In this document: positions 57,222 to 64,000 of the stretch, piece by piece | How positions within the stretch are numbered: the stretch's first letter is position 1 | Layout: every line of letters starts with the position of its first letter | Assembly (NCBI GenBank): GCA_964534465.1 | Contig: CAZHOB010000003.1 | Location: forward strand, 14,843 to 78,842 | DNA length: 64,000 nucleotides | Origin: an uncultured Candidatus Saccharibacteria bacterium | GTDB taxonomy: Bacteria > Patescibacteriota > Minisyncoccia > Phycocordibacterales > UBA2100 | Direction: 5' to 3' | The notes under the pieces: generated by a model | What the model was told of the DNA's origin: nothing | Seen by the model: the letters and a program-made list of their open reading frames with translations, nothing else | Databases searched by the model: none | Made by a program: the position numbers and the translations under genes

Positions 57222-57584
57222 ATGAGCGATTTCGATAAAGCGGTGGCGACAGCTGTCACCAAGGCGGCGATCCGTGCCGCGCAAAGATACGATATCGACG
57301 ACGATATTCTGGCGCACATCCTCGGCGTGCTGCCTTCGATGCTCGCGGATATGAAAAGCGGGAAGGCCATCCTCGTAAAAGGCACGGAATCACACAAAAC
57401 GAGTATGCTCTTCGTGGCCACGGTGGTCGAGATCGAAGCATTTTTTCAGGGCGATCTATCGGAGGCCCGGGACTGGCTCAACGGATATTGCCGTCCGCTG
57501 GAGGCGAAACCCATCGCCTTGATGCAGAATCCGAACGGATTACGACATGTCTACGACTACCTCTGCGCCCGCCACGCGCGTTGA
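57222..57584 (+). CDS. Xre/MbcA/ParS-type antitoxin-like protein
   Basis: HTH-like N-terminus; ARDWL..PLEAKPIALM..GL..V.DYL. Confidence 0.75.
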   Translation: MSDFDKAVATAVTKAAIRAAQRYDIDDDILAHILGVLPSMLADMKSGKAILVKGTESHKTSMLFVATVVEIEAFFQGDLSEARDWLNGYCRPLEAKPIALMQNPNGLRHVYDYLCARHAR

Positions 57585-57630
57585 AAAAATCAGCGGCCAC
57601 TTTTCAGTGGCCGCTATTTCTTTGTGCTCC

Positions 57631-57933
57631 TCAAGCCGGAGAAACTTGGATGAGAGCCGTCAGATGCTCGTCTTCGCCATTGACCTTGGCGATCACGACC
57701 TGCACGCGGCATCCGCCGACATATTGCTCCAAATATCCTGCATCTCGCGGATATTTGTGGATCTCGCCCGTGAAGGCGTAATCGGCAGCGATGCGCGTAC
57801 CGATCCTGTTGAGCCTGACGATGAGATCGGCAGCGTCTATCGCTACGCCATCTGCCCTCTCAGCCGCAGACCAGAGAACTCCGTTCCAAAATCCGAGCAG
57901 TTCGCCGGGCTTCAGCTTCGCAATTTTCGGCAT
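57631..57933 (-). CDS. Hypothetical protein (ORFan cassette)
   Basis: SD AAGGAGG; TTGACA upstream. Confidence 0.65.
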   Translation of the reverse strand: MPKIAKLKPGELLGFWNGVLWSAAERADGVAIDAADLIVRLNRIGTRIAADYAFTGEIHKYPRDAGYLEQYVGGCRVQVVIAKVNGEDEHLTALIQVSPA

Positions 57934-58008
57934 GGATGCCTCCTTTGTTGACCGGCCAACATTGTGCATTGCTCGCACGTCTGTGTCAATGCATGGTACA
58001 ATTTTTCA

Positions 58009-58902
58009 ATGTTCGTAAAAGTGCTTCGTTCGGGAGCTTTTGTACTGGTGGCAGCTGCCGCGCTCTTTTACGCATATAAATATTATGAGCTCAAGATGGC
58101 TTACACGACCGAGCACGAGGCGAACGCGACGCTCAACTATCAAATAGGCGAATTTCTCGACAAACTAAAGGCTTCGAATACCGCCAACATAGAGCTCGGT
58201 TCGCAGATCGACGACCTGAAGACGCTTCTCGAGGCCCGCACGGCGGAGAACCAGACCAAGGAGCAACAAGTGCAACAGCTCTCTACCACTGTCAGTACGC
58301 TCGACAAACTTACGAAGACCGACAAAGAACTGCTCGAAAAATACTCATCGGTGTATTTCCTCAACGAAAATTACGTGCCCGCTTCACTTTCGCCTATTGA
58401 GCCTTTTTTCTTGAACCGTCCCACCAAGCCTGAGCAGATATTGAGCGGCATAGGGCAGCATCTGAATGACCTGCTCAATGCCGCCAAAAAAGACAATACA
58501 CCCCTGCAAATTCTTTCCGCCTATCGCTCTTTCGGTACGCAGGCCGCGCTCAAGACTGGATACAAGGTCACCTACGGAGCAGGTACCGCCAATTCTTTTT
58601 CTGCAGATCAGGGATATTCGGAGCACCAGCTCGGCACAGCCGTGGATTTTACGACACCGGTTACCGCCGCGACCCTCGTGGGATTCGATAAGACCACAAG
58701 CTATACATGGCTGACCGCTCACGCGTACGAATACGGGTTCATTCTTTCGTATCCCAAAGGCAACACGCACTTCGTCTTCGAGCCATGGCACTGGCGCTAC
58801 GTAGGCATTGAACTCGCAAAAAAGCTCCACGATGAAAATAAATATTTCTACGACCTCGACCAACGCGACATAGATACCTACCTCATAAAGTTTTTTGACT
58901 AA
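58009..58902 (+). CDS. M15B D-Ala-D-Ala carboxypeptidase (VanY-like) with coiled-coil stalk
   Basis: SAYRS, SEHQLGTAVD, EPWHWRYVG. Confidence 0.92.
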   Translation: MFVKVLRSGAFVLVAAAALFYAYKYYELKMAYTTEHEANATLNYQIGEFLDKLKASNTANIELGSQIDDLKTLLEARTAENQTKEQQVQQLSTTVSTLDKLTKTDKELLEKYSSVYFLNENYVPASLSPIEPFFLNRPTKPEQILSGIGQHLNDLLNAAKKDNTPLQILSAYRSFGTQAALKTGYKVTYGAGTANSFSADQGYSEHQLGTAVDFTTPVTAATLVGFDKTTSYTWLTAHAYEYGFILSYPKGNTHFVFEPWHWRYVGIELAKKLHDENKYFYDLDQRDIDTYLIKFFD

Positions 58903-58985
58903 AAAAACTTTGCTGTCTGCGCCGCTCGGAAATGCGGACGTCGTCCGCATTTCACTCACTATCCTCGACAGAACAAATTCTTCGA

Positions 58986-59531
58986 TTAGCCTTTGTACGC
59001 TGCTTCAAGATCGGCAATAACGATCTTTTTCATCTTGAGCATCGCTTGCATGGCGCGGTCGGAGGCGGCTTTATCTTTTTCGTTGAACCATCGCGTCATA
59101 TCGGGAACTATCTGCCACGTGAAGCCGAACTTATCTCGGAGCCATCCGCACTGCTCTGCTTCAGGCACAGCGGAAAGCTTCGACCAATAGTGGTCGATCT
59201 CTTCCTGATCCTTGCACTCGACCAAATATGAAATGGCGCCTGAAGGCTGAAATACCGGCCCTCCATCGAGCGCCATGAATTTCTGGCCGAAGAGTTCAAA
59301 TACACCGGTGAGCACTTTGCCGTCGAATCCTGCCATCGGCCCCTCTTTGATGCCTTCGGGATACCGCTGAATATGAACTATCCTCGAGTCAGGAAAAACG
59401 GACACGTAAAAATTAATCGCCTCCTCTGCATTATTGTTAAACCACATGAACGGTGTAATTTTCCCCGACGCAGTAGGTCGGGGCCCCGACCCCTCGGGGC
59501 GTCGGGGTTGCGGATCAGATTGATTGGACAT
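58986..59531 (-). CDS. VOC family PhnB-like protein
   Basis: KITPFMWF, QEEIDHYW, CGWLRDKFG.TWQIVP. Confidence 0.9.
   Translation of the reverse strand: MSNQSDPQPRRPEGSGPRPTASGKITPFMWFNNNAEEAINFYVSVFPDSRIVHIQRYPEGIKEGPMAGFDGKVLTGVFELFGQKFMALDGGPVFQPSGAISYLVECKDQEEIDHYWSKLSAVPEAEQCGWLRDKFGFTWQIVPDMTRWFNEKDKAASDRAMQAMLKMKKIVIADLEAAYKG
59463..59507. repeat. Tandem CCCCGAC/GTCGGGG hairpins in-frame in VOC gene
   Basis: Two adjacent hairpins (45 nt) forming the N-terminal extension; same arms at 4591-4616 and 9276-9293. Confidence 0.75.
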
Positions 59532-59554
59532 GTTCCCAGTATAACAGGACGGAA

Positions 59555-61936
59555 TTAACGGCTGATTAACTTCGCCAATCGATGGATAGCTTCAGCGAGG
59601 TCAACACCCTTGCCGAGTATTGGTTTCCACAGATCGCCTTTTTGTTTGAGTCGCTTTGCCATGGTCTTGATCGTAAATTTGGATGGATCGAGTCCTTTGC
59701 CTACTTCCCTCCACTCGAGCGGCGTAGAGACGGTGGCGCCTGCGTGCGGCCGCACGGAGTAGGCGCACGCGAGCGTTTGACCCAAACTGTTCTGCAAATA
59801 ATCGAGGTATATCTTCGCTTTTCGCTTTTTCGGATTGCGCTCGATAGATGTGATTTCCGGTAGGCGCAGGTGAACGATTCGCATTAATATTTCCGCGAAC
59901 ACGCGCACATCCTTATATTTATATCGCGCTCCAAGCGGTACGCAGACGTGGAGGCCGCTCTTGCCCGAAGTCTTTATCAAATGATTTTCGCACGCCACAT
60001 CGAGCACGTCTTTCACAACGAGCGCCACTTTGACGAGATCGCCAAAGGGGCGCTCGTGCGGATCTAGGTCGAGTATCATGTAATCGGGTTTTTCGAGTGA
60101 ACCGACGCGCGAGTTCCACGGATTAAGCTCTATGCAGCCAAGATTGGCCATATAAAGGAGCGTCTCTTTGTTGTTACATACGATGTAATTGATGAAGTCG
60201 TTGTTGTGCTCCGACCACACCTTGGTCCTTTCAACGAAATCCGGCAATTTTGTCGTCCAGTTCTTGTGATAAAAACTCTTGCCCATGATACCGTTGGGGT
60301 GCCTGTTGAGATTCTCCGGCCGGTCTTTGAGATACGGTAAAAGTATCTCGGCTACGCTTTCATAGTAAGCAATAAGGTCGCCCTTGGTGTAACTCTCTTT
60401 CGGCCAGAACACTTTGTCCAAGTGGGTCAATTGCGGCGTATATCGACCTACGAGGTCGATAGTGCTCGTTCGTTGTATTTCTTTTTTGACCTCGCTAGGT
60501 TTTTTATCTATGCGCAATCCGGCATAGATAGGATGTCGCATTCGCCCATCCGGTGTCCATTCCGTAAATTTTATCTGAGCTACGTACTTGGGTTTCACCC
60601 ACGTAATGGGACTGTTTACCGGCACCTCCTCGGCCACGGTGGGCTTTATCACGGCGATCTTCTGCAATTTTGCACGAAGTTGCTTCAGCTCGGTGTCGGT
60701 AAAGCCGCCACCGCTGTGCCCTACGTAACGCAACTGGCCATTTACATAAGCACCAAGGACCAGCGAGCCCAAATGCTTGCGCGAGCCGCGCGGCTCGGTG
60801 TAGCCGATGATGATCGCCTCCTGTTCGTGAACACTCTTGATCTTGAGCCACTCATCGCCGCGCACACCTTCGCGGTAGCGGCTCGACGCGTTCTTGGCGA
60901 TCATTCCCTCGCGACCCTGCCGACGCATTTTCTGAAAAAATTTCCCGCCATCGCGCATGACGTGTTCGCTGTACCGCAATACGTCGTCTTTGGGGATGAT
61001 CTTTTGCAAAAGGTCTTTGCGCTCGTGGAGTGGCTCACCACGCAGATCGCGCCCGTCGAGATAGAGCAAGTCAAAAATTTGATAACGAAGCGGGGCGGCC
61101 TTCTCCTGATACTGCTGCAGTGTATGAAAATCCTCGCGGCCATTACGTATTGCGATGATCTCGCCGTCGAGCACGCAATCATGCTTGATGCGCTTCAGAG
61201 AATCGACGACTGGCTTATAGATATCGGCAAATGACTTGCCATTGCGCGAATAGAGTTTGACCTCGCCGCCCCCTATCTCTGCGATCGCGCGATAGCCGTC
61301 CCACTTCGGCTCAAAATACCAGCCGTTTTTGTCGAACGGCTGGTCTACAGGCTTCGCCAACATCGGTTTTACATGCTGCGGCATTGTATCCTCACCACTT
61401 CGCCGCAAACGCAACTTTGTTGCATTAGTGGAATATTCGTCTCGCTCTTTGACGAGAAGCCACTGGTTCTGACCGCCACTTTTCATTTTTATGAGGGCAA
61501 ATCCACCCTCCAGTTTTTCTCCCTGTAGAAGAAATTTTATTTCGCCTTTATGAAGCCCGTTTTTTATTTTTTTTCGAGTCTCTTCAGGATCGGCGCTGTC
61601 CACACTTGAATAGACGCCCTTGTCCCATGTCTCCACCTTCCCCGCCCCATAATGACCTTTGGGAATGGTTCCTTGGAACTTGGCGTATTCGAGCGGATGG
61701 TCTTCAGTCATTATGGCCAAACGTTTGTCGGCGGTATCCATCGACGGGCCTTTCGGTACAGCCCAGCTCTTGAGCACACCATCGAGCTCCAAGCGAAAAT
61801 CGTAATGCAGCGAGCGAGCGGCGTGCTTTTGTACGACGAAATGGAGCGGGCCTTTTGGATGCGGGCGCTCGTGCGTGCCCTTTGGTTCCGGCGTCTCTTT
61901 AAATGAACGCCGCTTGTTGTACTCGGCAAGAGCCAT
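59555..61936 (-). CDS. ligD: NHEJ DNA ligase D (phosphoesterase-ligase-polymerase)
   Basis: FVVQKH..LHYDFRLE, EPKWDGYR, WLKIK, LDLDP, KTSGKSGLH. Confidence 0.96.
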   Translation of the reverse strand: MALAEYNKRRSFKETPEPKGTHERPHPKGPLHFVVQKHAARSLHYDFRLELDGVLKSWAVPKGPSMDTADKRLAIMTEDHPLEYAKFQGTIPKGHYGAGKVETWDKGVYSSVDSADPEETRKKIKNGLHKGEIKFLLQGEKLEGGFALIKMKSGGQNQWLLVKERDEYSTNATKLRLRRSGEDTMPQHVKPMLAKPVDQPFDKNGWYFEPKWDGYRAIAEIGGGEVKLYSRNGKSFADIYKPVVDSLKRIKHDCVLDGEIIAIRNGREDFHTLQQYQEKAAPLRYQIFDLLYLDGRDLRGEPLHERKDLLQKIIPKDDVLRYSEHVMRDGGKFFQKMRRQGREGMIAKNASSRYREGVRGDEWLKIKSVHEQEAIIIGYTEPRGSRKHLGSLVLGAYVNGQLRYVGHSGGGFTDTELKQLRAKLQKIAVIKPTVAEEVPVNSPITWVKPKYVAQIKFTEWTPDGRMRHPIYAGLRIDKKPSEVKKEIQRTSTIDLVGRYTPQLTHLDKVFWPKESYTKGDLIAYYESVAEILLPYLKDRPENLNRHPNGIMGKSFYHKNWTTKLPDFVERTKVWSEHNNDFINYIVCNNKETLLYMANLGCIELNPWNSRVGSLEKPDYMILDLDPHERPFGDLVKVALVVKDVLDVACENHLIKTSGKSGLHVCVPLGARYKYKDVRVFAEILMRIVHLRLPEITSIERNPKKRKAKIYLDYLQNSLGQTLACAYSVRPHAGATVSTPLEWREVGKGLDPSKFTIKTMAKRLKQKGDLWKPILGKGVDLAEAIHRLAKLISR
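60441..60463. repeat. Palindromic repeat family B, in-frame in LigD interdomain linker
   Basis: TATCGACCTACGAGGTCGATAGT identical to 54887-54909. Confidence 0.85.
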
Positions 61937-61939
61937 ACA

Positions 61940-62722
61940 TCATGTGCGAGCAGCTTTCTTTTCGCGCTCGAGGCTGCGGCGGAGCGCTTCCATGATGTCG
62001 CGCATGTCGGTGGCCTCCGGTTCCATTTCCTCTACTTTTATTGGCTTACCCTTGGCTTTCTTCGCAATGATCTTTTTCAGGTCCTCAGTATAAGTATCGT
62101 GGAATTTGCTCGGGTCGAAATGTTCCTGTAGTTGGTCGATAAGCATCAGCGCCATCTCGAGCTCGCGCTTTGAAAAGTCACCCTTCTTCGGAATATGCAG
62201 ATCTTCCGGTTTACGAAGCTCGTCTTCATAGCGCAATCCGATAAGCATAAGTGCATTCTCTTGCGGCTTTACCATGGCGAGGTGCTCTTTGTTGCGAAGT
62301 ACCCACTTGGCGACGCCCACTTTCTTCGACTTTTTCAATGCTTCGCGCAAAAGTACATACGCTTTTTCCGCTTTCGGGTCGGGCTCCACAAAATACGGCT
62401 TATCGATATGATCGCTCGGTATCTCGCTCTCTTCGACAAAGCTCACGATGTCGATGGTCTTGGTCTTGCGAGGCGCGGCTTTCTCAAAATCTTCGTCGGT
62501 GAGTATCACGTAATTTCCTTTCTGGAATTCGTAACCCTTCACGATGTCCTCATATGCCACCTCTTTGTGCGTGAGCTTTGAGATCTTGGCGTAGCTTATA
62601 GGCGCGTGCTCATGCTTGTCGAGCAAGCGGAATTTGAGCGCGCGCTCTTCTGAAGCGCTGTACATTTTGACCGGAATATTGATAAGACCAAATGATATAG
62701 AACCCGACCAGATGCTTCGCAT
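61940..62722 (-). CDS. ku: NHEJ Ku protein
   Basis: MRSIWSGSISFGLINIPVK, IVKGYE, FDPSKFHDTY, DIMEALRRS. Confidence 0.96.
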   Translation of the reverse strand: MRSIWSGSISFGLINIPVKMYSASEERALKFRLLDKHEHAPISYAKISKLTHKEVAYEDIVKGYEFQKGNYVILTDEDFEKAAPRKTKTIDIVSFVEESEIPSDHIDKPYFVEPDPKAEKAYVLLREALKKSKKVGVAKWVLRNKEHLAMVKPQENALMLIGLRYEDELRKPEDLHIPKKGDFSKRELEMALMLIDQLQEHFDPSKFHDTYTEDLKKIIAKKAKGKPIKVEEMEPEATDMRDIMEALRRSLEREKKAART

Positions 62723-62838
62723 TTATACATTAAAATCGGTGGGACATAAGATTGCATGAATGGGGCACCTATATTGACAGGTGTACTATATTATGGTACT
62801 AATTCTTTAGATTCACGTCAACGAAAAAGGAAACGGCG

Positions 62839-63333
62839 ATGCTCACTCTCAAAACTCTGACTTACGAAGACCTCAAGGTCGGCGGCGAGTACATTGAGAT
62901 CAGTATGGACATAGGCGGCCGTCTGTTCCTAAGAAGGTACATCATGCTTTCCGAGCCGGATGAGAAGGGCAAGTTCCTCTGTAAGTGGCCCTATACTTCT
63001 CCGGGGGAAGCAATGGAAGTCGATGCGTATCTCGAAACCATAGGGTGTCCCCGCGGCAAAAGGAAGTGGCAGGATAACTTCCATCGCACCGTTCTCGATA
63101 CGCCAGAAAACCTACGCGTCGTCGAAAGCCTCGTCGCTGCACAAGACGCGAAGGGTTGGCTGACATTTCTTGGCGTACCGGATGCCGAATCTGCAATGAA
63201 GATGATGGCGTACGAACATGCACAGTTCCAAGACTTCAGGGAGCGGCTGGAGAGAACGGGCCCCTGTCTTGAATCGGCCGAATTGCTTGTGGCTCGCATA
63301 GAAAGCCGCCGAGCGCCGAAAGTTCTCAACTGA
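62839..63333 (+). CDS. Hypothetical protein (ORFan cassette)
   Basis: TTGACA promoter, SD AAGGA, terminator about 63344-63376. Confidence 0.7.
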   Translation: MLTLKTLTYEDLKVGGEYIEISMDIGGRLFLRRYIMLSEPDEKGKFLCKWPYTSPGEAMEVDAYLETIGCPRGKRKWQDNFHRTVLDTPENLRVVESLVAAQDAKGWLTFLGVPDAESAMKMMAYEHAQFQDFRERLERTGPCLESAELLVARIESRRAPKVLN

Positions 63334-63422
63334 TCATCCGCTGCAACCGGCGAGCACGCTCACCGGTTGTTTTTTTGCATATTTTAAATTTGGATGAATA
63401 CATTGTGCGGGACTTTTTTTAT

Positions 63423-63902
63423 TTATTTGAGCTCGTTCAAAAGAGTTGCGAGGTCGAGTCGCTCGGTGACCATCGCGAGAGTACCGTCGGTATTTTTCTT
63501 CCATTTCGATTTGGCGCGGTCGACATAGAGCTCGATGCCGTTGCCGTCGGGGTCGTCTAAGTAAATGGCTTCGCTCACACCATGATCCGAAGCACCGGTT
63601 ATCGGCCACTTCGCGTCCATGAGCGCCTTCAGCGCTTTCGCTAACTCTTTTCTACTCGGATACAAAATAGCGAAGTGATACAAGCCCGCATGCCCCTCTG
63701 GCGCCGGCGGCGCGCCCTTGCCCTGCCACGTGTTGAGCCCGATGTGATGATGATATCCGCCCGCCGAAAGAAAGGCCGCGGAATCCCCGAGCTTCTGCTG
63801 CACATCAAATCCCAAAATGTCGCGATAAAACTTTATCGACCGCTCCAAGTCTCCCACGTGTAAATGCACATGCCCTATTTGCGTTTTCGGATGTATCTTC
63901 AT
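63423..63902 (-). CDS. VOC family (CatE-like) protein
   Basis: IGHVHLHV, AGGYHHHIGLNTW, DHGVSEAIYLDDPDGNGIELY. Confidence 0.92.
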   Translation of the reverse strand: MKIHPKTQIGHVHLHVGDLERSIKFYRDILGFDVQQKLGDSAAFLSAGGYHHHIGLNTWQGKGAPPAPEGHAGLYHFAILYPSRKELAKALKALMDAKWPITGASDHGVSEAIYLDDPDGNGIELYVDRAKSKWKKNTDGTLAMVTERLDLATLLNELK

Positions 63903-64000
63903 GGCTTCAGCTCACCCGACGGTTCGTAGGTGGCGATGATGACGCCGGTCGTCGAAGTCTTCGACTCGACGAGCTTGAACTTTTCGGCTTGAGTTCCTTC
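63899..64000 (-). CDS. C-terminus of RibD/DHFR-like protein (truncated by window)
   Basis: ...FKLVESKTSTTGVIIATYEP...*; ATGA overlap with VOC gene. Confidence 0.65.
   Translation of the reverse strand, partial: EGTQAEKFKLVESKTSTTGVIIATYEPSGELKP

Noticed and set aside
58905-58985. Nested hairpin between VanY-like and VOC genes as an ncRNA
   Set aside because: No promoter; adequately explained as a bidirectional terminator or repeat between convergent genes.
1-64000. Classical integron or prophage as the source of the ORFan cassettes
   Set aside because: No intI, no consistent attC core sites noticed, no phage structural genes; cassettes carry their own promoters and are scattered among core genes.

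Overview
64-kb chromosomal segment, genetic code 11, most consistent (inference) with a Patescibacteria/CPR (Parcubacteria-type) bacterium. A mostly minus-strand backbone of core genes (tRNA-Ala, ddl, uvrC/A/B, murB, tyrS, msrA, lysS, Fur-ZIP-YibE/F, pyrB, aminopeptidase, gdhA, zwf, two-component genes, DEAD-box helicase, guaC, dgkA, ligD-ku) and a plus-strand ECF sigma/MacAB-like operon is interleaved with about 25 small monocistronic ORFan units, each typically with a -35/-10 promoter, SD and terminator. Most core genes instead look leaderless (-10 box 6-9 nt before the start codon). The most striking pattern is that at lysS, the aminopeptidase and the DEAD helicase a decayed second copy of the gene's 3' end lies 321-595 bp downstream, with exactly one cassette between the copies and a hairpin plus T-run at the junction. 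This suggests cassettes accumulate at core-gene 3' ends, and no integrase is visible in the window. Also found: an unannotated 50-aa ArfA-like ORF, short palindromic repeats inserted in-frame in uvrB, ligD, uvrA and other proteins, two candidate sRNAs, and a Zur-like operator. All calls come from manual reading; no database searches were run.
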